A stretch of 20,000 bases of DNA from an uncultured virus (IMG/VR IMGVR_UViG_3300005521_000001) (Duplodnaviria; Heunggongvirae; Uroviricota; Caudoviricetes): the IMG/VR virus record IMGVR_UViG_3300005521_000001; one strand, given 5' to 3'. Shown piece by piece: positions 7,130 through 16,375 of the stretch. Both the position numbers and the translations under genes were made by a program. Numbering within the stretch: the stretch's first letter is position 1; each line of letters starts with the position of its first letter. The notes below the pieces were generated by a model, which searched no databases, was not told the DNA's origin, and saw nothing but the letters and a program-made list of their open reading frames with translations.

Positions 7130-9741
7130 TCAAACCATTCCCCCATAGATGATACACCAACACCGGACATACACCGTTGCCAATTAGTGCCTAATGCACT
7201 TAATATGGCTAAGAATGAATTACTATCAGCAAACATAGTCTGTATTGACATATCCCTATCAATAACTACATTGTAGTCATCTGGAGAGTCGCCCCATTCA
7301 ATTGCTATCCTTCTATTGGTTGGTAATGGTTTATCACTGGATTTGGCGAAGTAAATACATGGCTTATCTCCTAAATCAAACTCTGTATCAAGGTTTTCAT
7401 TACTCCACATTGCCGCATTATAGGCAAATGTGCCTTGTTTCTTCATGCCATATGGCTGACCAAAGGATATGGCGGGGGTTATGTCAGGGTTTTTCATGTC
7501 CTCCACCTGCTTTCTAAGAAGTTTGCCTATTTCAGTCTTGCCCGCTCCATCTAATATAGCACTAAACATCTCTTGTTGAACTGTTTTTACTACCTGTGGA
7601 GTGGAAGAACGGCGCATTTCAACGCCTCTAAAGCCGTGTTTATCGTTATAATCAAGGTATGCATATCTCTTTTTGACCCCCCATTGGAAGTATCTTTTGT
7701 AATATGCATCAGGTTTTATGTTGAAAAATTCATTTTTATCCACATTTAAACACTCTTTGACAAAATCATCAAAGGAATTATTTAATTCATTACAAAGAAT
7801 CTCTGCCATATCAATAATATCCCTCTCTGTAAAGGGTCTAATCTTATTTTCAATCTCATCATGGTTGGATATTGCCACCTTGCATGAGTCGGTGTCCTGA
7901 TATAGCGTGCTGAACCGGACTTCCATACCCTCATGAGATGGGGGCATATAGTCTTTATGGGTATATACTCCTTCTTTACAGAACCATAGAGTTCTTTTGT
8001 TGATATAATTCTTGTTCCAGTCATTATGACGGCGGGCAGTATCGGTAATATCCGACCCAATTTCAGGGTCAGCCAGTCTAAATGGTCTGTTTTTTGTCTT
8101 TTCAGTTCGCCCCGACCCCAAAACACCATACCAAGAGTTCATGTTTTCTTTCATGACCCTCTGTTGCCTATCTAAAACCATAAGTCGCTTAGGGTCTTTC
8201 TCTATTTTCATCTGGTTTTTTAATTCCTGTCTTGCTGATGCAAGTTCTCTAAGAACGGTTGGCATAATTCCCACCCTGTCTCGACGGTATATTCTCCCAC
8301 CTTGAGTCTTAGTTATTGGAAATGGATAACCGTTAGGGTAGTCATCGGGATTAATTTTTGTGTCAGGAGAAAAATTACCTGTGATAATTGCTGATGGATA
8401 TTCCATTGAGTTATCTAACTCAAATGCATTTCTCCAAATTCCAATAGGTGCATCCATAACAAAACCCCCCTGCTCAATTCCACCTTCGGGCATAGTATCA
8501 GCAACCACTTTAGCGGAAGGCATGATAATATCTTGATTCCATAGCAAATGACCCATCATATCTTCAACCAACATCATATTACTGTGGCTTTTGTGTAGGG
8601 TGCTATTGTGATAAGCAGTTTTCATAATATAAAACGGTAGTAAATCTAAGACCTCCATACATCGTGCCGCCACTACATTATCCCATGCGTTATAGACGGC
8701 TAACATCATTGGGTCTTTGACCATTAAATCTGTAATTCTGTTTCTCGGAACTTTACCATAGCCAAGTGTTGTTGTCGCCATCCAAGATAAAGAAGCCGCT
8801 CCGGTTGTAGTCGCAGTTCCTTGAACTTGTTCAGCGTATGCAATTTTAGTATCAAACTGTGGTAGTTTCTTAAGATAAGTTAAACTCGGAACTTTCATTC
8901 CCTCTTGTTTTAGAATCTTAGCCCTGTTATACATATATGGTATATCGTAGCCTTTGATATTTTGACCTGCTATAACATCGGGGTTATAGTGATTCAATCT
9001 TGCATGAAACCATCGAAAAAGTTCGGCTTCTCTCTGGCTTAGGTCAGGATTGTCAAAACTTTTAACAAATATCTTATCGGCCTCAATAGGCTCAATTGGA
9101 TTAGTATGCTCGACCACTGAATGCAAAGCCGCTTGTGAAGAAAGAAACCTTCTAACCATACGCTCGGAGGTTGGTGAACAAGTTCCAATTTCATGTATTC
9201 CAGTTTTCTCATCGTAAAATGCAATTGACACCACTCGCCCTGTTGGGTTCTGTGTATCTAAACAATCCTCTGTTTCAATATCCCAATACCATAAGTCGAG
9301 TGAAAATTCACTGGCCGGAACATCTGATTTGTGAACATTGACAGGTCTTAGGTTGTTCCAGTCTTTGTCCGTATCTATCTCAATAACTGCTTCCCAACCA
9401 TATATCCATCTAACCAAAGATGACCATTTTGCATCAGCCGAATAATGAGGATAAAAATAATCTCGCACTTCTCTTATGTCAAATGGGGAATTAACATTGA
9501 CTTCCATCAACGGTTCTCCTTGAATCGTCGTTTTATCGCTTGGTTTAACCGACTTGATGCAAGGAAGGTTCGTAAGTGGAGGGTGTAATTTTTCAGGCTT
9601 CGTAGTCCAAAATTTAGGCTGACAACCAACAACCCTAACAACATGACTTGAACCATCCCGTTTCTTAACTCGTAGCACTGTCGCCCAGTCTTTAATGTCG
9701 CCTGTTGTTCCAATATCAACAATCAATAATGGTTCACGCAT
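7126..9741 (-). CDS. polB: Family B DNA polymerase with 3'-5' exonuclease
   Basis: Exo I WDIET, Exo II NIKGYDIPY, Exo III YNAWD; polymerase motifs DNSMEYPS, KENMNSWYG, YQDTDS, KKRY. Start moved to ATG 9741 (TATA-like element at 9762-9771). Confidence 0.95.
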   Translation of the reverse strand: MREPLLIVDIGTTGDIKDWATVLRVKKRDGSSHVVRVVGCQPKFWTTKPEKLHPPLTNLPCIKSVKPSDKTTIQGEPLMEVNVNSPFDIREVRDYFYPHYSADAKWSSLVRWIYGWEAVIEIDTDKDWNNLRPVNVHKSDVPASEFSLDLWYWDIETEDCLDTQNPTGRVVSIAFYDEKTGIHEIGTCSPTSERMVRRFLSSQAALHSVVEHTNPIEPIEADKIFVKSFDNPDLSQREAELFRWFHARLNHYNPDVIAGQNIKGYDIPYMYNRAKILKQEGMKVPSLTYLKKLPQFDTKIAYAEQVQGTATTTGAASLSWMATTTLGYGKVPRNRITDLMVKDPMMLAVYNAWDNVVAARCMEVLDLLPFYIMKTAYHNSTLHKSHSNMMLVEDMMGHLLWNQDIIMPSAKVVADTMPEGGIEQGGFVMDAPIGIWRNAFELDNSMEYPSAIITGNFSPDTKINPDDYPNGYPFPITKTQGGRIYRRDRVGIMPTVLRELASARQELKNQMKIEKDPKRLMVLDRQQRVMKENMNSWYGVLGSGRTEKTKNRPFRLADPEIGSDITDTARRHNDWNKNYINKRTLWFCKEGVYTHKDYMPPSHEGMEVRFSTLYQDTDSCKVAISNHDEIENKIRPFTERDIIDMAEILCNELNNSFDDFVKECLNVDKNEFFNIKPDAYYKRYFQWGVKKRYAYLDYNDKHGFRGVEMRRSSTPQVVKTVQQEMFSAILDGAGKTEIGKLLRKQVEDMKNPDITPAISFGQPYGMKKQGTFAYNAAMWSNENLDTEFDLGDKPCIYFAKSSDKPLPTNRRIAIEWGDSPDDYNVVIDRDMSIQTMFADSNSFLAILSALGTNWQRCMSGVGVSSMGEWFE

Positions 9742-9762
9742 GGTAGTCCATCCTATACCCAC

Positions 9763-9999
9763 CTATTTATTACGCTTTCTTGCTTCTTCAATGCGAATCA
9801 ATTGTGTAGCCAAATAAACTGATAAGTCAAGTGCTTCTTCCAAAGCCATTTCGACCCATGAATCATCTTCCGTTCCCCATTGGGTCGTATCGTCGCCATG
9901 TCTAAGACCATGACCGTATTCTTTGACTCCCTTCGCCATAGCGGTCTTGATGAGTTCTAAGATGCGTGGGTTATCGTCTGTCTGGTGTGCATCACTCAT
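9763..9999 (-). CDS. Small all-alpha NTP pyrophosphohydrolase (MazG-like superfamily)
   Basis: GVKEYG...W..MALEEALDLSVYL pattern typical of phage MazG-like proteins; GGGTGA SD before ATG 9999. Confidence 0.6.
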   Translation of the reverse strand: MSDAHQTDDNPRILELIKTAMAKGVKEYGHGLRHGDDTTQWGTEDDSWVEMALEEALDLSVYLATQLIRIEEARKRNK

Positions 10000-10168
10000 C
10001 CTTGTCACCCCAATGGTTGTCGCTGACAATCTTATATTTGCCAAAGACTCTATCCCAAAAAGACCGTTGAATCCAACAATCAATTCCTAAGTGGTGTTCA
10101 ATTTCTCGCTTCATGTTATTCGCTTCAACCCTTGTTGAAACACTTGTCAGTATTACTTTATCATTCAT
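9992..10168 (-). CDS. 58-aa hypothetical protein (MNDKVILTSVSTRVEANN...), not in ORF track
   Basis: Translated manually; GGTGA SD; ATGA overlap with the RFC stop; fills the gap exactly. Confidence 0.7.
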   Translation of the reverse strand: MNDKVILTSVSTRVEANNMKREIEHHLGIDCWIQRSFWDRVFGKYKIVSDNHWGDKDE

Positions 10169-11166
10169 TCAATCATCACCTTTCGCCACCAACATTTTAC
10201 TGCCAGTATATCATCCTGTGAAACTGATGCGTAGTATAATCCCTCGCCAAGCGATTTCAAAATATCTTCCTTAAGCGCACGGGGCATTGGGTCATCTTCG
10301 TCTGTTGTCAGGTTGTAAATTGAATGTAGGATTTCTCCACCGCTCATACCTCGACCTGCTAAATCATCAATAGACCTATCTAACTCCCTACTTAGTTCGT
10401 GAACCTTATCTTTATTCTTATGACATTGAATAATTTTTCCAAGCATATATTTTGCTTGTATTGGATTTAGTGTTGAAATATATTCTTCAACATCTTCCGG
10501 CTTGACCTCTGTTGGAATACGGGTCAAAGTCCAAAGTATATTGAGAGCCTTTCTCATAGAACCACTTGACGCTTCACTAATCATTAGTAATGCTTTGTGG
10601 CCGATATTGAAGCCCAATGAATCAAGGTAGTTTGTCATGTCCTCTTTACTAATTGGTTTGAATCTGGTATTGGAAAAAGCGCATCGGTCAAGCACCGGAC
10701 TAATTATTCTGTGCGGGTAATTGCCCGATAAAATAAATCGGGTGTTCTTGTATTTCTCCATGATGCGTCTTAGAGCCGACTGTGCTTCCTGTGTCAGGTT
10801 GTCGCATTCATCTAAGAATATCACATTGAACGGTATCGGCATTTGCACACCATCAACCTCAAATGAACCTAAAATTCCTTTCTTGGCGAAGCCTTTGACC
10901 TTTTCTCTAATGACACCAATAGACCTCTCATCGGAGGCATTGAGTTCAATAAAATTCCTATCCCAGTCATCACCGAATGAATCTTTCAGGAATGCAATAG
11001 CCGTTGCAGTTTTACCTGTGCCTTGTTTGCCAAAGAAACCCATGTGAGGTATCGTATTACCTTTACCTTCTCTAATAACATTGACCATAGCCTTGAGGTA
11101 TTTTATGATGTGGTCTTGACCCACTATATCATCAAGAGTCTGTGGTCGAAGTTTTTCAGTCAGCAT
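10165..11166 (-). CDS. rfcS: Replication factor C small subunit (clamp loader)
   Basis: EKLRPQTLDDIVGQ, GKQGTGKT, ELNASDERSI, FLDECD, AQSALRRIME, LDRC, GSMRKALN. Confidence 0.93.
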   Translation of the reverse strand: MLTEKLRPQTLDDIVGQDHIIKYLKAMVNVIREGKGNTIPHMGFFGKQGTGKTATAIAFLKDSFGDDWDRNFIELNASDERSIGVIREKVKGFAKKGILGSFEVDGVQMPIPFNVIFLDECDNLTQEAQSALRRIMEKYKNTRFILSGNYPHRIISPVLDRCAFSNTRFKPISKEDMTNYLDSLGFNIGHKALLMISEASSGSMRKALNILWTLTRIPTEVKPEDVEEYISTLNPIQAKYMLGKIIQCHKNKDKVHELSRELDRSIDDLAGRGMSGGEILHSIYNLTTDEDDPMPRALKEDILKSLGEGLYYASVSQDDILAVKCWWRKVMIE

Positions 11167-11347
11167 TCTTAGTCCTCATCTTTTCTTCTTCATACTTGTC
11201 CATACCCACTCTCAAACTATGTTCATAGTCCTCATTACATGGAGGGCATAAATCACATTCAAGGTGATGACTTGGGCTAAGAACAAACTTAACATTACAA
11301 TTTCGGCACTTTTTCTTAACAACAAACAATCTTATCTTCTCGCTCAT
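11156..11347 (-). CDS. Small Zn-finger protein (CRNC...CDLC)
   Basis: Start moved to ATG 11347; TATA at 11368-11377. Confidence 0.7.
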   Translation of the reverse strand: MSEKIRLFVVKKKCRNCNVKFVLSPSHHLECDLCPPCNEDYEHSLRVGMDKYEEEKMRTKNAD

Positions 11348-11412
11348 GTCTAATGCTACGAAGCACACCTATATAAGGATATTCCCTATAAGTCCTTGAT
11401 GGGTTATGAATT

Positions 11413-11895
11413 TCACCAAGCAGACTTACGCTTTGCATCCATCTTAGCCTTTCGTGCATCAGATTTAGCCTTTTTGTCAGCCTTTAATTTTGCCGATTCA
11501 ATCTCCGCATCTCTTAGACCTTGATGTAGTTCAACACTTAGGCGAACTATGTCTCCAATGATAGGGTCGTTAAAATCAACAATATCAATCTTCCAGTCTA
11601 AGCCTCTCTTAAAGAAAGAAATATCTTCGACATTGTGACTTCCTTGCTTTATTAGTTCTAATCCTTTCAATTGTGTCAATACACTGTCTCTAACCCATAT
11701 TGAAGCACCTACGCCTCTTCCGCCATAGATACATGCTACATTCCATTGCGAATCTTCGCTGAATCTAACTGCCTGATAGCCTACTGCTCCGGCTGACCTT
11801 TCAATGATGGTCATGTTGTGTTTATTTTCAAACAAATCTAAGATGAATTGTTTGGTCGCTTTTTTAATCTCGTTTTTGGACATTTCACTGTTCAT
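11413..11895 (-). CDS. Hypothetical protein with Lys/Ala-rich basic C-terminal tail
   Basis: 160 aa ORF; ATGA overlap with the SprT gene. Confidence 0.75.
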   Translation of the reverse strand: MNSEMSKNEIKKATKQFILDLFENKHNMTIIERSAGAVGYQAVRFSEDSQWNVACIYGGRGVGASIWVRDSVLTQLKGLELIKQGSHNVEDISFFKRGLDWKIDIVDFNDPIIGDIVRLSVELHQGLRDAEIESAKLKADKKAKSDARKAKMDAKRKSAW

Positions 11896-12416
11896 GTTTC
11901 ATTGTGTGTCACCCCACCTATATGAAGGGTGAACCTGTCGTCATAATTTCCTTTAGCATGTTTTTCACAACAAGAACGGCATACTGCGCCACATAAAGGG
12001 GTATTTTTGACGATAACTACCTCACAATGGAGACAATTATGAATGAATTTATGTTGATTGCGGGAGAGCATTCTGGCAAATGTTAGTGTTTTTTCTTTAA
12101 AGAAGTAATAAAACTGCCATTCTTCCTCATATTTTTGAAACTCTTCACTGTGTCCTTTGTCTAATCCTATCATATAATGGCATAATTCGTGGTGAATTAA
12201 GCCTTTTATTAGGTATTTATGCAAAAATGCATGGGGATGGAGTTCAATAACTGGTCGGTTTCCTTCAAAAAACAAACGGGCTTGAACATTTTTGTAGTCA
12301 TATGGAAGATAACGCCATTCAAAAGTAGTAGGAAGTCCGATAGACCAACCACGCTCAAGGCATAATTGATAGAATACATGGTGAATATGTGTTCGGTGTG
12401 TCTCGCTTAATGTCAT
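11892..12416 (-). CDS. SprT-like zinc metalloprotease
   Basis: HELCH, GHSEEF and a C-terminal CxxC..CxxC Zn finger. Confidence 0.8.
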   Translation of the reverse strand: MTLSETHRTHIHHVFYQLCLERGWSIGLPTTFEWRYLPYDYKNVQARLFFEGNRPVIELHPHAFLHKYLIKGLIHHELCHYMIGLDKGHSEEFQKYEEEWQFYYFFKEKTLTFARMLSRNQHKFIHNCLHCEVVIVKNTPLCGAVCRSCCEKHAKGNYDDRFTLHIGGVTHNET

Positions 12417-12553
12417 TTTTCATCAATTATTAATATCTCGCCATCTCTGGATAAAATGAATGATTTGTTAGGATTCATGAGTAATAACGCTTGTAATTTT
12501 GCGCCTAAGATTGACGGGTTATCCATCAACAAGAATTGAGCCACTTTTGGCAT
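12413..12553 (-). CDS. 46-aa hypothetical protein (MPKVAQFLLMDNP...), not in ORF track
   Basis: Translated manually; its stop overlaps the SprT ATG; weak TATA-like element near 12583-12591. Confidence 0.5.
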   Translation of the reverse strand: MPKVAQFLLMDNPSILGAKLQALLLMNPNKSFILSRDGEILIIDEK

Positions 12554-12601
12554 ACCCACTCATACTACCCTAAGCATATCTGGTTTATGAACCTGCCTAT
12601 A

Positions 12602-12904
12602 CTAATTTGACTTATATGGCTCTAATCCCATTTCAAATGATATTACGGTGGGTATATCGCCCCATGTGTTGTATGAAGTCATTGCTCTAACATTAAAAAT
12701 CTGAAAATCGAAGCCTTGTTGTTTCTTCAACCTCTCGGCAAAAATATACACCGCATCATTATGGTCTTTATCATCAACATGAATAACATCATTGATAGTC
12801 CAACCTTCTTCATCACCCAATGAAGGGTATTCAGCCACTACTGCATAGACCGCTTTTCCCGCTTCCATGTATTTGTAGGTTAATGTCACATACACTAAGA
12901 GCAT
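12602..12904 (-). CDS. Hypothetical protein (start 12904 or 12868)
   Basis: ORF track; TATA-like cctatttaaa at 12924-12933. Confidence 0.7.
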   Translation of the reverse strand: MLLVYVTLTYKYMEAGKAVYAVVAEYPSLGDEEGWTINDVIHVDDKDHNDAVYIFAERLKKQQGFDFQIFNVRAMTSYNTWGDIPTVISFEMGLEPYKSN

Positions 12905-12933
12905 GTATATCCCTATACCCACACCTATTTAAA

Positions 12934-13266
12934 TCAAGCATGGTCTATTACTACTGTGACCGTGCCATGATTGTTGGAGATTACCATACCTGATAGACCA
13001 TTGAAAACCTTCCTACCTGCGGGATAATCGAATTGATAAAACCCTCCATTTTGGTTTTTCATTGTGATATAGGCTAATCCATTTGCCGGACCAACCTTAG
13101 CCGCAGTATCGGTGTCACCTATCATGAGTTCTAAATTGTCAGTCGGTGCGCTACCATGTGGTGCTATGTCAATTGTAATTCCAAAGATGATAGAACCGCC
13201 CTCGGCAGGGGCAAGCATAGCATCTCCGTTGTTTTCCATATCTAAAATCAAAGTAGTATCGCTCAT
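12934..13266 (-). CDS. Beta-rich hypothetical protein (110 aa)
   Basis: ORF track; TATA-like element at 13289-13298. Confidence 0.75.
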   Translation of the reverse strand: MSDTTLILDMENNGDAMLAPAEGGSIIFGITIDIAPHGSAPTDNLELMIGDTDTAAKVGPANGLAYITMKNQNGGFYQFDYPAGRKVFNGLSGMVISNNHGTVTVVIDHA

Positions 13267-13312
13267 GAGTTATGCCTGTGTGATGCATGGTTAATAAGCA
13301 ATTTCTCGCCGT

Positions 13313-13549
13313 TCACAGTTCTTGCCATTCACAAATCATTTCACCGTTAATCATCCAGATGAAATGGTTCTTGATTTCCGAATGAGCCATACAATATGCT
13401 TCAAACATATCCAAAGAGCGTCGGCAATCATAAACTGCTTCTTGTCTTTCGTAAATTTTTTCGCCGTATTCGATTACCCCGTAGTATCTAAAATATACAA
13501 AGGTGATTTCTGTTTTTTCTTCTTCCCATTGAGTTTCTGTTCCGCTCAT
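13313..13549 (-). CDS. Acidic hypothetical protein (78 aa)
   Basis: Leaderless ATG with TATA at 13569-13578. Confidence 0.75.
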   Translation of the reverse strand: MSGTETQWEEEKTEITFVYFRYYGVIEYGEKIYERQEAVYDCRRSLDMFEAYCMAHSEIKNHFIWMINGEMICEWQEL

Positions 13550-13599
13550 GTTTAGAGGATAGGGTGCGCCTATATAAAGATACCCCCTATTCGATTTAA

Positions 13600-14069
13600 T
13601 TATCAGAATTATTCGGACATTTTAGCCCCAAGTGAAAAGTTTGCCTATACATCTCGATACCGCTTAAACCAAAAACACCCTATTAATTCCAATAATTAAT
13701 TTGGGGTTAAAACTGTGGTCTGTCAATTGAAAACACCCTATCGAATCTAATAATGATGCAAACGGCACATACTATACCACACACACACCTTACCCCCTCT
13801 GTCCTGTGTGTGTGATAATACTTTTTTATTTGTTTAATTAATTTATAATAATAATATATAATAATAATATATAGGTAAACATAAGGAAGAAAAAAAATTC
13901 TCGCTGAAAAGGTGTATGCTGAAAAAAACATTAAAAATTATCTTACTTTCAAAACATAGGGGGGGCTATGTCAATTTTAAAAAAAGCCGCTTTAAATCAG
14001 ATTTTTGGCCTCGTTTCTGATTTGGGCGGTTATACACCACCCTATACAAAACGACGGCATATAGCGTGC
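13600..14069. other. Long AT-rich intergenic region with a (CA)5/(TG)5 inverted repeat
   Basis: IR at 13778-13787/13805-13814; nearly pure A/T at 13815-13873; no credible ORF. Confidence 0.6.
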
Positions 14070-14825
14070 TTAATTATAGCGTGCCATGACTGTATTGATT
14101 GCAGTTTGGAAGCCCTCATACTTGAAGGTCATCATATAGTTCAATGAGTATGCGTCTTTTGGCTTCATGTTGTAAAGTTCTTTCAAGATGATGTAGGATA
14201 GGCGGTGCGCTTGCTTTTCATGGCGCATTGTATAATATCCGGCGGTGGTGGTGGCCTTCCTTGATGTTTCGCCGTAGCCAGTAGTAAAGGTGCATCCTTC
14301 GGCGGTGTAGGCATTGAAGCACGCTTCATACGCTCTATAATTTAGGGTCGTCATGTTGTTTAGGTTGTAATGATGTAGGATTTTTTGGAAGGTGCGTGTT
14401 TGTTCCGATGTTGAATAATATGCTCCTACTTTGCCTTGTATGTAATGAATCATCTCATGAATTAAAATTATTGTCCACTCGGCCTCGTTGTCTTGTGGGG
14501 AGTGTGTGCCAGTTTGTAGGTTAATGTCAATAAGTGTGTTCTCATCGTGGCGAGTCTCGGATAGAAGAGTTAATACTTGACCTCTTGAGCCGAGTTTGCG
14601 CCCTGTTTCGTGTAGTTTTTGTTGAATGAATCCTTGTGTTCGACCTGCACCACTTCGGCGCAATTGCACGGTTATGGTGTCGTTTGAATAGTCAATTTCA
14701 GGAGTAAAGATGTTTAAAACTTCACTGATTCTTTGAGATATAACATTTTTTAGTTCGGGGCTTCCGACTCTCTTTGGAAAGACGATTTGTGGCGGGTTCG
14801 GGTGGCTCATTAATTGGCGGGTCAT
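14070..14825 (-). CDS. Putative zincin metalloprotease
   Basis: ILIHEMIHYIQ (HExxH) plus downstream HEKQA; start moved to ATG 14825 (TATA 14845-14854). Confidence 0.7.
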   Translation of the reverse strand: MTRQLMSHPNPPQIVFPKRVGSPELKNVISQRISEVLNIFTPEIDYSNDTITVQLRRSGAGRTQGFIQQKLHETGRKLGSRGQVLTLLSETRHDENTLIDINLQTGTHSPQDNEAEWTIILIHEMIHYIQGKVGAYYSTSEQTRTFQKILHHYNLNNMTTLNYRAYEACFNAYTAEGCTFTTGYGETSRKATTTAGYYTMRHEKQAHRLSYIILKELYNMKPKDAYSLNYMMTFKYEGFQTAINTVMARYN

Positions 14826-14965
14826 ATCCTTGCGTGGTGGTGCAAGTATATAATATGTAGGTAAAATGTATAGATTCATAAAGACTATATACTGTCAGTG
14901 TCACCCTTCCAGTGGATGCGCTCTAAAAAAAAGCGGCTCAACCAAAAACTTGCGCTCTGTCTATC

Positions 14966-15015
14966 GTTTTTCAAAAAATCTGAATTTTTGTTTTTTCAAA
15001 AAGTCTGAATTTTTG
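14966..15015. repeat. Tandem ~25-bp repeat (gttttt[t]caaaaa[a/g]tctgaatttttg x2)
   Basis: Read directly. Confidence 0.85.
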
Positions 15016-15017
15016 TT

Positions 15018-15560
15018 TCAATCCTCATAATATGAAGCGGGTCTTTCTTCTTCTTCTTCTCTGTTCCAACGGCTACCCCAAAAAGCCGAAGTTATCCCCA
15101 AAGTTTCAAAGATAGGTGCATAATAATTATTTTCGCTTATTCCCCATGATAAGTCCTCGCCTACATGAAAGCCCATGTTGATGACTTCTTGGTCTGTGTA
15201 AGCCCCTATGATGGCCTCTTTTGGTATATCGCCCATAACATGAGTATCACCGTTTGCGCCGTAGCCATCTTCCATCCACTCGCCACCCATAGAAGCGAGA
15301 ATGTTCATATCAACACAAATGTTCATTCCATCAGTAGCCCATGAAGTCTCAACGCCACCAAATTTAACAAAGGTTGAGCGTGAAACCCACTCGGCAGTAT
15401 TTGTTGAAGTGCATAACTTGAAACCTGTTCCGCCCTTCTTGATTTGTTCAAAGGTGTAGCCTTGAGATTGCATGGACAATATACCATTTTGAAGAATGGT
15501 TTCAACATTGGCGGAGTCGGTTCGGTGGAAGGCGACAGGGTAAGATTCGGGGCGGGTCAT
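15018..15560 (-). CDS. ADP-ribosyltransferase-fold protein (KptA/Tpt1-, DarT-like)
   Basis: FHRTD..NVETILQNGI, LCTS...A, ICVD and V.GDIPKEAI match the H-x-T ART pattern; TATA at 15580-15589. Confidence 0.65.
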   Translation of the reverse strand: MTRPESYPVAFHRTDSANVETILQNGILSMQSQGYTFEQIKKGGTGFKLCTSTNTAEWVSRSTFVKFGGVETSWATDGMNICVDMNILASMGGEWMEDGYGANGDTHVMGDIPKEAIIGAYTDQEVINMGFHVGEDLSWGISENNYYAPIFETLGITSAFWGSRWNREEEEERPASYYED

Positions 15561-15787
15561 ATATGTGCGTAGTAGTGGGAGTATATAATATGTCGGTTTT
15601 TTGTATATATTAGAAAAGACTATATACTGCCAGCCTTATGTTCAAGTGGATGATGATTAGCCGAGAGGCCGTCGGCCTCGCAGTATAGCGTTTAGCCTAA
15701 AATTTCAGGGCTTCGGCTCGCCCCTGATATTTGGAGGCGTGGCAGTTTCCCACCCGCCCCCATTGGTCGCCCAAGTGGTCGCCGTGT

Positions 15788-16132
15788 TCACTCTTCGCCG
15801 TATTTGTCACGGCTTAGGTTGAACTCTTTTGAGTCGTCTGTATAGGTTGGAGAGTGGTTCATATCATCTTCGATGGTGTATGAAAATTCTCGCTCATCTT
15901 CGGAGTCAATGAAAATTATTCCAGTTTCAAACCTGCATGGTGTTTTATTAATTTTAAAGCAAGGAGTGCAAATGTTAAGGTCTGCGGAGTATTCATATTT
16001 CCAACCTTTAACAGTAGTCTTTGAAGTGTATTGTTTGACTTCGTGGACATGGGTCATATTCTCAAGGGTTGATTCTCTGTCGCAAAAGTCGCAACAGTAT
16101 AAGGCATCGGTGTTAATCGCTTGTCGGCTCAT
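15788..16132 (-). CDS. Zn-finger protein (CDFC...CTPC)
   Basis: ORF track; TATA at ~16153-16162. Confidence 0.75.
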   Translation of the reverse strand: MSRQAINTDALYCCDFCDRESTLENMTHVHEVKQYTSKTTVKGWKYEYSADLNICTPCFKINKTPCRFETGIIFIDSEDEREFSYTIEDDMNHSPTYTDDSKEFNLSRDKYGEE

Positions 16133-16375
16133 AACCTTCCGTAGGCATGAGAGTATATAGTATTAACTCAATATAGTTTGATGCATCTATAAATCAAATG
16201 ACCCTAAAGTTTATATGCTTACATGATGTAGTTCAAGTGGATGAGAGAGAAAAAAAAGCGGCTCAGGCTCGCAGTAATGCGTTTTTAACTTCCGCATGTG
16301 GCGACGGCTCGCCAATTCGCCAAAAATCTGAATTTTGCCGTGTGACCTGTGGCCGTCTGTGCGACCTGTGGCCGT

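Noticed and set aside
7126..11166. Inteins in PolB or RFC
   Set aside because: Protein lengths are normal and there are no C...HN splice motifs or LAGLIDADG inserts
13707..13931. 74-aa minus ORF
   Set aside because: Low-complexity translation of an AT-rich non-coding tract
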